Program-made: the position numbers and the translations under genes
Shown: piece by piece, positions 1 to 8,756 of the stretch
How the letters are laid out: every line of letters begins with the position of its first letter
Numbering within the stretch: position 1 is the stretch's first letter
The notes under the pieces: model-generated
Databases searched by the model: none
Told to the model about the DNA's origin: nothing
What the model saw: only the letters and a program-made list of their open reading frames with translations
Source of the DNA: an uncultured Gemmatimonas sp.
Lineage (GTDB): Bacteria > Gemmatimonadota > Gemmatimonadetes > Gemmatimonadales > Gemmatimonadaceae
DNA: 32,000 nucleotides
NCBI GenBank assembly: GCA_964464585.1
Contig: CAYXGS010000013.1
Span: forward strand, 24,199-56,198
Direction: 5' to 3'

Positions 1-481
1 CGGGGTTCCACGCCGTGTAGCCGCGCGCTTCCCACGTCGCGCGGAGACCGCCCGACGGGAACGACGATGCATCGGGCTCCGACTGGATCAGCTGTTCGGC
101 CGAGAACTTCTCGATCGCGTTGCCGTTCGCATCGAGCGTGAGGAACGCGTCATGCTTCTCGGCGGTGAGGCCGGTCTGCGGCTGGAACCAGTGGCAGAAG
201 TGCGTCACACCCTGCGAGATCGCCCACTCCTTCACGGCCTTCGCGACGGCCGGCGCGATGTCCGCGTCGAGCTTCTTCCCGAGGCGCACCGCCTCGGTGA
301 GCTTCTTGTGCACGTCCGCCGGCAGCTTGTCGCGCATCTGCTTGGCGCCGAAGGTGTGGCTGCCGAAGTAGGACGACGTCGGCTTGGGATCGGGGCGCAT
401 GGCCGGGACGTCGGGGACAATGGCCGAGCGCGTGGCGATCGCGCGAAGGGCGTCGGAGCGAGGGGTCGAGGAGGCGGACAT
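1..481 (-). CDS. glnN: Glutamine synthetase type III (GlnN), N-terminal ~160 codons; gene continues past the left edge
   Basis: Absent from the ORF track because it has no stop in the window. Manual reverse-strand translation from ATG (481-479) gives [65 protein letters not shown]...[31 protein letters not shown]...[21 protein letters not shown], open to position 1. The THxxHWFQPxTGxTAEKHDxF block is typical of the GSIII N-terminal domain. Confidence 0.8.
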   Translation of the reverse strand, partial: MSASSTPRSDALRAIATRSAIVPDVPAMRPDPKPTSSYFGSHTFGAKQMRDKLPADVHKKLTEAVRLGKKLDADIAPAVAKAVKEWAISQGVTHFCHWFQPQTGLTAEKHDAFLTLDANGNAIEKFSAEQLIQSEPDASSFPSGGLRATWEARGYTAWNP

Positions 482-652
482 TGGCTGGTTGGTTTGACGT
501 GTGTTCGCGCTTGACTGCGAAGTGAGCAAATCTAGACGCGCATTCTGCACGATTCAAGCCGGAAATTGTGAACTCGGCAGGAAGAATTCGCAAAAAACGC
601 AAAATTCACGATGCAACTCTCCATTTCTGCTGGCCGAGCGGACAGAAAGGAC

Positions 653-685
653 GAGGCGCCCACGGCGGTTAGCCGCAGGCGCCTC
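653..685 (-). terminator. Candidate rho-independent terminator downstream of the DUF4142 gene
   Basis: Inverted repeat GAGGCGCC (653-660) / GGCGCCTC (678-685), 39 nt after the stop at 724. On the minus strand it is followed by GTCCTTTCTGTC, a weak T-tract. Confidence 0.4.
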
Positions 686-723
686 GTTCACAACTCTTTG
701 TGATGCAACAGCTTACGATGTTC

Positions 724-1308
724 TCACTCCCGCCGCTTCGTCTTGTTCTCAACGAGCTGACGCGCGTGGCCGAGGTGCGCCTCTACCGCCGGCCGGACCT
801 GGATTAGGAGCGCCTTCAGCTCCGCGTTCTGCGCCGATGGGATCAGGGCAGCGTCGATGGCACCCAACACGGTGGTGTGGTAGCTGACCTCGTTCGTCGC
901 GTAGGCGCTGTCGAACGCGAACCCCTCGAGGTCACGCAGGCGGAGCCGCTTCGTCTCCGCATCGTCGCGCAGGTCGAAGGAAATCTGGTTGTCGACCGGC
1001 GTGACCTTGAGCCGTGTCACGAGCTCGACCGCCGCGCGGTTCACGGACTGATGATCCGACTTCACCATCGTGGCGAAGCTCCGCACGTCGGGGTCCTGGC
1101 TCTTCGCGAGCGCCATCTCCGCGTACATGATGTCGGCGTTGTTCGCCGCCACGACGATCGCGGCGATGTTGGCATCGCTCAGACCGGAGGCGTTCGCGGA
1201 TACGGGGGCCGCCGCCGGCGCCGCGCCGCCGCGACCGACGAGGCTGCATGCGCCCAGTCCCGCGGTGAGGGTCAGGGCGGCTGCGGTGGAACGCACGGCA
1301 CGGAACAT
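724..1308 (-). CDS. DUF4142-family secreted lipoprotein (194 aa)
   Basis: Part of track ORF 724..1536. The internal ATG at 1308 gives [21 protein letters not shown]..., a signal peptide with an L-G-A-C lipobox. The body (ANIAAIVVAANNADIMYAEMALAKSQDPDVRSFATMVKSDHQSVN...LKALLIQVRPAVEAHLGHARQL) has the two-repeat helical pattern of DUF4142. The upstream 76 codons are Arg/Gly/Pro-rich and look non-coding. Confidence 0.75.
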   Translation of the reverse strand: MFRAVRSTAAALTLTAGLGACSLVGRGGAAPAAAPVSANASGLSDANIAAIVVAANNADIMYAEMALAKSQDPDVRSFATMVKSDHQSVNRAAVELVTRLKVTPVDNQISFDLRDDAETKRLRLRDLEGFAFDSAYATNEVSYHTTVLGAIDAALIPSAQNAELKALLIQVRPAVEAHLGHARQLVENKTKRRE

Positions 1309-1500
1309 GGGAACGGAACTCCGAAATGGTGGGCGATCACGGGCGATCCCGGAACCTAGCGGGGCGCACGGAGCGGACGTGGTGACCCCTCGCACACGGC
1401 TGACGTGATCATTGCTCGGCGGATCATGGTCCTCTGGAGCAACAGATGGACCGCGCCGTCGGTTCCCCCGCCTGCGATGGGCGACTAGCTTTCCCCTCAC

Positions 1501-1572
1501 GGCGCCGTGGCCAAGTGGTAAGGCGGCAGACTGCAAATCTGCTATTCGTCGGTTCGATTCCGACCGGCGCCT
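1501..1572 (+). tRNA. tRNA-Cys (anticodon GCA)
   Basis: Hand-folded cloverleaf. Acceptor GGCGCCG/CGGCGCC. D arm GCC-AAGTGGTAA-GGC. Anticodon stem GCAGA/TCTGC with loop CTGCAAA. Variable loop TATTC. T arm GTCGG-TTCGATT-CCGAC. Discriminator T; CCA not encoded. Confidence 0.9.
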
Positions 1573-1603
1573 CGTCGATCAAGAAGGCAGATGACAGATG
1601 GCA

Positions 1604-1639
1604 GACGGGGCGGCTTCCGCATGCGGAGCCGCCCCGGTC
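1604..1639. terminator. GC-rich hairpin between convergent tRNA-Cys and hemL; candidate bidirectional terminator
   Basis: GACGGGGCGGCTTCCGC-AT-GCGGAGCCGCCCCGGTC, a nearly perfect long stem. It is followed on the plus strand by GTTTCC. It lies 32 nt after the tRNA and 33 nt after the hemL stop. T-tracts are weak on both strands. Confidence 0.45.
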
Positions 1640-1671
1640 GTTTCCGGCCATTCCTCGACCCCGCGGCTCCG

Positions 1672-2982
1672 TCATGCCCGCAGGTCGAGTCGCCCGAGCG
1701 CCGCGGTCACTTCGCCGAGGACCGCGTCATCGTGCATGATCGACGTGAATCCGGCCTCGAACTGACTGGGCGCGAGATACACGCCGTTCGCCAGCATCCC
1801 GTGGAAGAACGCCGCGTACCTCGCCGTGTCCGCCTGCTTCGCGCTTGCGTAGTCGGTCACTGATCGGTCGGTGAAGAAGGCGCCCCACATCGTACCGATG
1901 CTGGCCGCCTGGAACGGGATCCCGCGCGACGCGGCCCACGCGGTCAGCATGCGCACCAGCTGTGCGGCCGCCCGCTCGGCCTTGGCGAACATGCCGGGCC
2001 GTGCGAGGACATCGAGGGTCGCGAGACCGCTGGCCATCGCCACCGGGTTCCCGCTCAGCGTGCCCGCCTGATACATCGTGCCCGCGGGCGCGACGTGTTC
2101 CATCAGGGCGCGTCGCCCGCCGTACGCAGCCACCGGCATCCCGCCGCCGATCACCTTGCCGAGCGTCGTGAGGTCCGGTGTCACGCCGAACCGCTCCTGC
2201 GCACCGCCCAGTGCGAGACGGAACCCGGTCATGACCTCGTCGAATATCAGCACCGCTCCGTGCCGCGTGCACAGCGCGCGCAACCCCGCGAGGAATCCCG
2301 CTCGCGGCAGGATGAAGCCGGCGTTCCCCACCACCGGTTCGACGATCACGGCAGCCACCGCCCCGTCGTGCGCCGCGAACGCGGCCTCCGTCGCCACCAG
2401 GTCGTTGTAGGCGACGGTCACCGTGTCGGCGATCGTGCCCGCCGTGACGCCCGGCGAATCCGGCAGCCCGAGCGTCGCGACGCCGGAACCCGCCGAGACG
2501 AGGAACGGGTCCGCGTGTCCGTGATAGCAGCCCGAGAACTTGATGATCTTCGCGCGGCCGGTCGCCGCGCGCGCCAGACGCACCGCGCTCATGGTCGCCT
2601 CGGTGCCGCTCGACACGAAGCGCACCATCTCGATCCCGGGCATCAGCGCGATGATCCGCTCCGCGAGGTCGGCCTCCAGCGCGCACGGTGCGCCGTAGCT
2701 CATCCCCGTGGAGACCTGTCGCTGCACGGCCTGCACGACCTCGGGATGCGCGTGGCCGAGGATCATCGGTCCCCACGAGAGCACGAAGTCGATGTACCGG
2801 TTGTCGTCCGCGTCCCAGAGATAGGGGCCGTTCGCCCGCGCGATGAACCGCGGCGTGCCGCCCACCGAGCGGAAGGCGCGCACCGGACTGCTCACACCGC
2901 CGGGCATCAGCGCCTTCGCCCGCGCGAAGAGGGCCTCGCTCCGCGCCGTCCCCTCGGTGATCAGCCTAGGGTGGACAGCCAT
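1672..2982 (-). CDS. hemL: Glutamate-1-semialdehyde 2,1-aminomutase
   Basis: 436-aa ORF with [43 protein letters not shown] and the PLP-lysine context [14 protein letters not shown]. Full-length class-III aminotransferase typical of HemL. Confidence 0.95.
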   Translation of the reverse strand: MAVHPRLITEGTARSEALFARAKALMPGGVSSPVRAFRSVGGTPRFIARANGPYLWDADDNRYIDFVLSWGPMILGHAHPEVVQAVQRQVSTGMSYGAPCALEADLAERIIALMPGIEMVRFVSSGTEATMSAVRLARAATGRAKIIKFSGCYHGHADPFLVSAGSGVATLGLPDSPGVTAGTIADTVTVAYNDLVATEAAFAAHDGAVAAVIVEPVVGNAGFILPRAGFLAGLRALCTRHGAVLIFDEVMTGFRLALGGAQERFGVTPDLTTLGKVIGGGMPVAAYGGRRALMEHVAPAGTMYQAGTLSGNPVAMASGLATLDVLARPGMFAKAERAAAQLVRMLTAWAASRGIPFQAASIGTMWGAFFTDRSVTDYASAKQADTARYAAFFHGMLANGVYLAPSQFEAGFTSIMHDDAVLGEVTAALGRLDLRA

Positions 2983-3977
2983 CGTGCGGCCTCCTTCGCG
3001 TAGTAGGTGATCACCTGGTCCGCTCCGGCGCGCCGGATCGCGAGCAGCGACTCGAGCGCGGCGCGCGGCTCGTCGAGCCAGCCGCGTTCGGCTGCGGCCT
3101 TGAGCATGGCGTACTCGCCACTCACCTGGTACGCGACGAGCGGATGCGGGAATCGGTCGCGGACCTGCCGGATGATGTCGAGCGCGCTCCCCGCCGGCTT
3201 CACCATCAGCAGGTCCGCGCCCTCGTCGACATCGAGCTGCACCTCGGCGAGCGCCTCACGCGCGTTGGCCGGGTCCATCTGGTAGCCGCGCCGGTCGCCG
3301 AATGATGGCGGGCTCTCGGCCGCGTCGCGGAAGGGGCCGTAGAATGCCGACGCGTGCTTCGCCGCATAGCTGAGGATCGGCGTCTCGGGCGACCCGTCCT
3401 CGTCGAGCGCGCGGCGGATCGCCGCGACCTGCCCATCCATCATCGCACTCGGCGCGACGATGTCGGCGCCCGCGCGCGCGTAGCACACCGCCGCGCGCGC
3501 GAGCAACGGCAGCGTCTCGTCGTTGGAGACGTTCCCCGACGCGTCGTGGATGATCCCGCAGTGACCGTGCGATGCGTACTCGCACAGGCATACGTCAGCG
3601 ATGACGAGGAGCTCCGGGGCGCGCTGCTTGATCTCGCGGATCGCCCGCGAGACCGGGCCGTCCGGGTCCCAGGCACCGCTCCCCGTCGCGTCCTTCCGTT
3701 TCGGGATCCCGAAGAGCAGCACACTGCGGATGCCGAGCGCGCGCAGCTCGTCGAGCTCGCCGGCGAGCCGGTCGACCGAGCGCTGGGCGTGGCCCGGCAT
3801 CGTGGCGATCGGCTTCTCGATCCCTGCGCCCTCGACGACGAAGAACGGATGGATGAGCTGGCCCGGCGTCACGGAGGTCTCGCGCACGAAGGCACGCAGG
3901 GCGGCGGTGCGCCGTGTGCGGCGCGGCCGCGCGGCCGGCATCACCGGAGTGGCGGGCGGAGCAGCGGAATCGAACAT
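2961..3977 (-). CDS. hemB: Porphobilinogen synthase (ALA dehydratase), Cys-rich Zn-type
   Basis: 338-aa ORF with [28 protein letters not shown], the Zn-site motif [14 protein letters not shown], the Schiff-base lysine context LLMVKPA, and YQVSGEYAM. Its 3' end overlaps the annotated hemL start by 22 nt. Confidence 0.95.
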   Translation of the reverse strand: MFDSAAPPATPVMPAARPRRTRRTAALRAFVRETSVTPGQLIHPFFVVEGAGIEKPIATMPGHAQRSVDRLAGELDELRALGIRSVLLFGIPKRKDATGSGAWDPDGPVSRAIREIKQRAPELLVIADVCLCEYASHGHCGIIHDASGNVSNDETLPLLARAAVCYARAGADIVAPSAMMDGQVAAIRRALDEDGSPETPILSYAAKHASAFYGPFRDAAESPPSFGDRRGYQMDPANAREALAEVQLDVDEGADLLMVKPAGSALDIIRQVRDRFPHPLVAYQVSGEYAMLKAAAERGWLDEPRAALESLLAIRRAGADQVITYYAKEAARWLSTLG

Positions 3978-3991
3978 GGGAGGGGTCCGGG

Positions 3992-4795
3992 TCAGGCCGC
4001 GGCAGTGCGCGCGGCGAAGGCCTGCTGCAAGGCGGTGATCATGCCGCGATCGTCATGCGGTTCGGCGATCGCGTCCACGACGAGGCCACACTCCCGCGCC
4101 GCCGCGGCCGACACGGGGCCGATGCACACGACGAGCGGACGTGGCGTGCGGCCGGGGCGCGCGAGGTCGACGCCGGCGGCGCCGAGTCCCTCGACGACAT
4201 GCCGCACCGTCGAGGCGCTCGTGAAGGTGAGCGCATCCACGCGGCCATCGCGCACCGCGTCGACGATCCCGAGTAACGCGACATCGGCCACCGTGCGATA
4301 CGCGATCGGCGCCGTCACGCGCGCGCCGCGCGCCGCGAGCGACGCGCCAAGCGAGCTGTCAGCGAGATCGCCGTGCGGCCACAGGACCTGCGCGCCGTCG
4401 GCCATCGGCACCTCGCGGGCCAATGCCTCCGCGACCGCGGACGATGGCGTGAAGGCGACCGGGAGTCCCTCGGCGCGCAGCGCGTGCGCCGTCGTGGGGC
4501 CGACCGCCGCGGCGCGAAGCGCGGCGGGCCAGTCGGCCGCCCCGCGGCGTTCGGTGCGCGCGGTCACCACGGCGCGCACCGCATTGGCGCTGGTACAGAT
4601 GAGCCAATCGAATCGCTCGAGCGCTGCGACCGCTGCCTGCAGCGGCGCAGGATCCTCCGGCGGGAGCACCCGGATCGCCGGCGCGTGCAGGGGCACCGCG
4701 CCTTCGGCACGCAGCGCCTCGAGCAGGCGCGCCGACTGCGCCTCGGCGCGCGTCACCGCGATCCGGCGCCCCGCGAGCGACGCGCCGGCACTCAT
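3992..4795 (-). CDS. hemD: Uroporphyrinogen-III synthase
   Basis: 267-aa [36 protein letters not shown]...[15 protein letters not shown] fits the HemD two-domain pattern. It sits between hemC and hemB, and its start shares ATGA with the hemC stop (4792-4795). Confidence 0.85.
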   Translation of the reverse strand: MSAGASLAGRRIAVTRAEAQSARLLEALRAEGAVPLHAPAIRVLPPEDPAPLQAAVAALERFDWLICTSANAVRAVVTARTERRGAADWPAALRAAAVGPTTAHALRAEGLPVAFTPSSAVAEALAREVPMADGAQVLWPHGDLADSSLGASLAARGARVTAPIAYRTVADVALLGIVDAVRDGRVDALTFTSASTVRHVVEGLGAAGVDLARPGRTPRPLVVCIGPVSAAAARECGLVVDAIAEPHDDRGMITALQQAFAARTAAA

Positions 4796-5736
4796 CCCTG
4801 CGGCTCGGTGGATGCGGCGAGCGCCTCCTCGAGGAGCGCGGCGCCCCCGCCGCTCGAGAGCGCAGCCGCCACCTCACGACCGAGCCCGAGCGGCTCGCGG
4901 CCGGTACGGGCCACTCGGACCGTCCGCCCGTCCGGCGCCCCGACGACCGCCGTGAGCGTGAGCGTACCATCCTGCTCCGTTGAGAAGCCGGCCAGCGGCG
5001 CATTGCATCCGGCACCCATCGCGGCGAGGAAGGCGCGTTCGGCCTCCGCGCAGCGCCGGCTCACGGGGTCGTCGAGGTGCGCACACAGCGCGCGCGCACG
5101 GTCATCGCTCGCGCGCGCTTCGATCGCGAGGATCCCTTGTGCGACCGCGGGCACCATGAGGTCGGTGTCGAGGAATTCCGTCACGAGGTGCAGCCAGCCG
5201 AGCCGCTCCAGCCCGGCGGCGGCGAGCACGATCGCGTCGTAGTCGCCACGGTCGAGTTTGGCGAGTCGAGTGTCGACGTTGCCGCGGATGTCCAGCGTGA
5301 CGAGGTCGGGCCGTATCGCGCGGAGCTGGCAGGCGCGGCGCGGGCTGCTCGTTCCCACACGGGCCCCCGACGGGAGTTCGGCGAGAAGACCGTGCCTCGA
5401 GATGAGCGCGTCACGGGCATCGGCGCGCGTGGAGAACGCGACGATCGCCATGTCGTCGGCCAGCGTCGAGGGCAGGTCCTTCGCGCTGTGCACGGCAAGT
5501 CGGATCCGTCCGCTCCGCAACGCGTCCTCGATCTCGGCCACGAAGAGCGAGTTCCGTCCGATCGCGGCGAGCGGGCGGTCCTGGATCTCATCGCCTCGCG
5601 TGCTGATCCGTTCGAGGCTGATCTCGACCCCGGCGTGGACTGCAAGGATCGCGTCGCGGACATGATTGGACTGCCAGAGTGCGAGCTTGCTCGCCCGGGT
5701 TCCGATGAGCACTGCCTCGGCTTGGTTTCCCGTCAT
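4792..5736 (-). CDS. hemC: Hydroxymethylbilane synthase (porphobilinogen deaminase)
   Basis: 314-aa ORF with LIGTRASKLALWQSNHV, RGNVDTRLAKL and the dipyrromethane-cofactor cysteine context MGAGCNAPLAG. Confidence 0.95.
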   Translation of the reverse strand: MTGNQAEAVLIGTRASKLALWQSNHVRDAILAVHAGVEISLERISTRGDEIQDRPLAAIGRNSLFVAEIEDALRSGRIRLAVHSAKDLPSTLADDMAIVAFSTRADARDALISRHGLLAELPSGARVGTSSPRRACQLRAIRPDLVTLDIRGNVDTRLAKLDRGDYDAIVLAAAGLERLGWLHLVTEFLDTDLMVPAVAQGILAIEARASDDRARALCAHLDDPVSRRCAEAERAFLAAMGAGCNAPLAGFSTEQDGTLTLTAVVGAPDGRTVRVARTGREPLGLGREVAAALSSGGGAALLEEALAASTEPQG

Positions 5737-5817
5737 ATGGAAGCCAAGATACCGGATTCAGGCTCAAGTGTCACGAGTAATTGTCGTAACGCACACACGA
5801 CACAAGCTTATCGAGGT

Positions 5818-5838
5818 CTGTCAGGAGTTTCCTTACAG
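5818..5838. promoter_or_regulatory. Imperfect palindrome CTGTCAGG-AGTTT-CCTTACAG (TGT-N13-ACA) in the hemC/bphP divergent region; possible PpsR-type operator with non-canonical spacing
   Basis: Read directly. The left arm is identical to the left arm of the palindrome upstream of bchG (18652-18659). Arms match 7/8, and the centre is 5 nt instead of 4. Confidence 0.3.
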
Positions 5839-5915
5839 GCGGCAACGTCCGGTTCGTGCTAGCGTATCCTTGCAATTTGCTCGTCCTGCGGACTCGCGCT
5901 CCCTACCCCGAACTG

Positions 5916-8120
5916 ATGCTTCGCACCGAACATCCCCCCTTCGGGCAGGCAGATCTCTCGAATTGCGAACGTGAGCTGATTCACCTCTCGGGGTCGATCC
6001 AACCCCACGGGGTGCTGCTCGTCTTGTCCGAGCCGCGTCTGGTCATCGTCCAGGCCAGCACCAACGTCGCCGAACTGATCGGACGCGACGCGCACGACTT
6101 GCTCGGCGAGCCCATTGAGGTCCTCGGAGCGGAGTGCGCCGCCGCGGTCCGCGAACTCGCGGCGAGCCCGAACCTCGGCGCACCGCTGCCGGTGCAGGTC
6201 GCCGTCACCTCACCGAGCGGCGTGCGGTCGGCGACACTCATGCTCCACCGTCCGGCCGAAGGCGGCATCATCGCGGAGTTCGAGGATATCCGCGTCGGAC
6301 GTGCGCACCGCAGCACCCCGGCGCTCCCGACGCGGCTCGCCGGCGTCGTCACGCGGCTGAGTGCGGCGCATTCGATCACCGCATTGGCCGAGCTCGTGGT
6401 GGAGGAGCTGCAGTCGCTCATCGGATACGACCGGGTGATGGTGTACCGGTTCGACGAGGCCGGGCACGGCGAGATCATCGCCGAGGCCAAGCGCGCGAAG
6501 ATGGAGTCGTTCCTCCATCGCCACTATCCCGCGACCGATATCCCGCAACGGGCGCGCGAGCTCTACCTCCGCAACAAGGTCCGGCTGCTGGTCGACGTGG
6601 GCTACACGCCGGTGCCCATCGAGCCACGCGTCAGTCCCGTCTCGGGTGAGGAACTCGACCTCTCCATGGCCGGGTTGCGCAGCATCTCGCCGATGCACAC
6701 GCAGTACCTGAAGAACATGGGGGTCGCGGCCACGCTCGTCGCGTCGCTCGTGCACGAAGGGAAGCTCTGGGGCCTCATCGCGTGCCATCACCGGGAGCCG
6801 CGCTACCTCTCCTACGACCTGCGCGCCGCCTGCGAACTGCTCGCCGAGGTGGTGTCGACGAGGATCTCCGCGCTGGAGCATTTCGCGGAGGCGCAGGCCG
6901 AGGTGCTCGTGCGCCGGCTCGAACACCGGCTCATCGAGGAGAGCGCGATGGACGGCGATTGGCGCCGGGCGCTCTTCGACGCGCCGCGCCAGCTGCTCGC
7001 GCCGGTGAACGCCTCGGGCGCGGCCCTGCTGTTCGACGGCGAGGTGCACTCGACGGGCGATGTCCCCTCGACCCCGGACCTGCGGACGCTCTTCGCGTTC
7101 CTCGATTCGCAGGGTGCCGATCCGGTATTCGCGACCTCGAACATCGCGCGGCTCGATCCGTCCTTCGCCGGGATCACCACGGTGGCGGCGGGTGTGCTCG
7201 CCGTCCGGCTCGGGCCCGCGCGCGGCGAGTATCTCGCATGGTTCCGGAAGGAGCAGTTGCACAACGTGACCTGGGGCGGTGACCCGCGGAAGGCCGTCGT
7301 CTACAGCCCCGACATGGAGCTCTCCCCGCGCCGCTCGTTCGCGGCATGGCATGAGCTCGTGCGCGAGACGTCCATCGCATGGTCGTTGCGTGACGCCGCG
7401 ATCGCGAAGGCCATCGGGGCATCGCTCGCGGACATCATCCTGCAGCTCCGCGCCGTGCGCGTGCTCATCGCCGAGAGCCAGCTCGCCACCATGCGCGCCG
7501 CGGTGCTCGCTGCGGATGAGCCGGTCATCATCGCGGACGACGAGGGCAGGGTCGTGCTCGTGAATGCGGCGCTCGGACGGCTCGTCGCCGGGCCGCACCG
7601 GGCGATCGAGACGCTCGATGACCTCGCGGCGCGGTTCGAGGAGCCCGCGCGCGCCGCCGAGCTCTTCCGTGCGCTCCGTCGCGAGCGCCGTCCGTGGCGC
7701 GGCGAGCTGCGCCTGGCGCGCCGCAACGCCGAGGGCGGGACGCCGGTGGCGTTGCGAGCCGACCCCATTCCCGGGATGCAGGGTGGGCTCTTCGGCGTGA
7801 TCGTCATCATGAACGACCTCACCGCGCGCCACGAGGCCGAGGCGGCCCGCATGCGGCTCCAGGCGGCGATCTTCTCGGCGCAGCGTCCGGCGACGCTCGT
7901 CTCGGCCGAGTCGTCGCCGCTGTCACCGGCCGTGCAGGCGCTCGTCTCCGCGATCTGGGCGAATGCTGGCGTCGCCGTCAGCGAGATCGCCGACAGCGCC
8001 GAGACCGCGGACATCGCCCCGCGGCTGCACGAGGTCGAGGCGGCCACGCGCCATGCGGCGCGTCTCTCGGCGCTGCTCGGCCGCTACGGCGCCGAGCCGG
8101 ATGGCACGGCGGGACCCTGA
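5916..8120 (+). CDS. bphP: Bacteriophytochrome (PAS-GAF-PHY) with C-terminal PAS plus a short helical output; no histidine-kinase module (RpBphP1/BrBphP-like)
   Basis: Track ORF 5856..8120; the ATG at 5916 gives MLRTEHPPFGQADLSNCERELIHLSGSIQPHG, which holds the biliverdin-binding Cys. Also present: YPATDIPQRAREL, SPMHTQYLKNMGV, LIACHH, WGGDPRK and the PRRSF tongue motif. The C-terminal ~230 aa have no H-box or ATP-lid motifs. Confidence 0.9.
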   Translation: MLRTEHPPFGQADLSNCERELIHLSGSIQPHGVLLVLSEPRLVIVQASTNVAELIGRDAHDLLGEPIEVLGAECAAAVRELAASPNLGAPLPVQVAVTSPSGVRSATLMLHRPAEGGIIAEFEDIRVGRAHRSTPALPTRLAGVVTRLSAAHSITALAELVVEELQSLIGYDRVMVYRFDEAGHGEIIAEAKRAKMESFLHRHYPATDIPQRARELYLRNKVRLLVDVGYTPVPIEPRVSPVSGEELDLSMAGLRSISPMHTQYLKNMGVAATLVASLVHEGKLWGLIACHHREPRYLSYDLRAACELLAEVVSTRISALEHFAEAQAEVLVRRLEHRLIEESAMDGDWRRALFDAPRQLLAPVNASGAALLFDGEVHSTGDVPSTPDLRTLFAFLDSQGADPVFATSNIARLDPSFAGITTVAAGVLAVRLGPARGEYLAWFRKEQLHNVTWGGDPRKAVVYSPDMELSPRRSFAAWHELVRETSIAWSLRDAAIAKAIGASLADIILQLRAVRVLIAESQLATMRAAVLAADEPVIIADDEGRVVLVNAALGRLVAGPHRAIETLDDLAARFEEPARAAELFRALRRERRPWRGELRLARRNAEGGTPVALRADPIPGMQGGLFGVIVIMNDLTARHEAEAARMRLQAAIFSAQRPATLVSAESSPLSPAVQALVSAIWANAGVAVSEIADSAETADIAPRLHEVEAATRHAARLSALLGRYGAEPDGTAGP

Positions 8121-8749
8121 TCCGCGATGGCGTGGAAGAGCGCGATGTGGCGACGGAAGCCCTCGGCCGCTTCGGCGACGAGGGCTTCCTGCATGCTGGC
8201 GTCGAGCGGGAGCGTGTCCAGTCGCGCTCGCCATGCGGCGGCCGTGGCACGGGGGTCCGCGAGTCCGGGGAACTCGTAGAAGTGCGTGGTCAACGACGCG
8301 AGGGCGGGCGCGGCGCGCACGATGCGCGCGAGGATGACGCCGCCGTTGAGGTCCCCGAGATATCGCAGCCACGAGTGCGCCAGCAGCAGGACGGGCTGCT
8401 CCTGCGCGAGCGTCCTGAGGTGCGCGGCGTAGGCCTGCGCCAGCTCAGGGACGGGCGTGCGGATGCGCCAATCCGGGCCGAGCGCCGCATCGAGGTCGGC
8501 GGCGAGCGGCGCCGCGCGCGCGAAGCCGGGCTCCTGCATCGGTCCGAGGATCGGCGCGGCGGAGGGATGGGCGGCCGCCGCGCCGAGTGACTCCTCCAGC
8601 GCGTCATAGATCGCATGGAGCGACGTCAGCAGACGGAGATACGCCTCGCGCGAGGCATGCCCGCGGAGCAGCGCGCCCATCACGCCGCCGCGCTCCGCCT
8701 CGGTGTGCAGCGATCTCGTCCCGTCGTGCAGCGCTGCGGCCAGTCCCAC
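8084..8749 (-). CDS. bphO: Heme oxygenase (biliverdin-producing, BphO/HmuO type)
   Basis: Track ORF 8084..8812. Motifs: the proximal-His helix LHDGTRSLHTEAE, plus LLLAHSWLRYLGDLNGGVIL. The preferred start is GTG at 8749, 7 nt after the hemY stop and preceded by GGTGAGG at 5-nt spacing. The ATG at 8812 would overlap hemY by 56 nt. Confidence 0.85.
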   Translation of the reverse strand: MGLAAALHDGTRSLHTEAERGGVMGALLRGHASREAYLRLLTSLHAIYDALEESLGAAAAHPSAAPILGPMQEPGFARAAPLAADLDAALGPDWRIRTPVPELAQAYAAHLRTLAQEQPVLLLAHSWLRYLGDLNGGVILARIVRAAPALASLTTHFYEFPGLADPRATAAAWRARLDTLPLDASMQEALVAEAAEGFRRHIALFHAIADQGPAVPSGSAP

Positions 8750-8756
8750 CGGTGCC

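Noticed and set aside
3354-4955. 533-aa plus-strand ORF spanning hemB/hemD/hemC in antisense
   Set aside because: A low-complexity Arg/Ala/Ser/Pro product that crosses three well-supported minus-strand genes. It has no start context and no family resemblance.
5769-5802. Cluster of TGT and ACA triplets (TGTCACGAGTAATTGTCGTAACGCACACACGACA) in the hemC/bphP intergenic region
   Set aside because: None of the TGT/ACA pairs has N12 spacing (spacings are 8, 10, 15 and 21 nt; one is TGT-N12-ACG), and the flanks are not palindromic. This is not enough to call an operator.
6210-7832. 540-aa minus-strand ORF antisense to the bacteriophytochrome gene
   Set aside because: The same high-GC antisense artefact: an Arg/Glu/Gly/His-rich, motif-free product. 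The plus-strand frame carries every phytochrome signature.
5916-8120. Calling the phytochrome a sensor histidine kinase
   Set aside because: There is no H-box (HExxxP-type) and no N, G1 or G2 ATP-binding boxes in the C-terminal 230 residues. The region after PHY reads as PAS plus a short helical segment.
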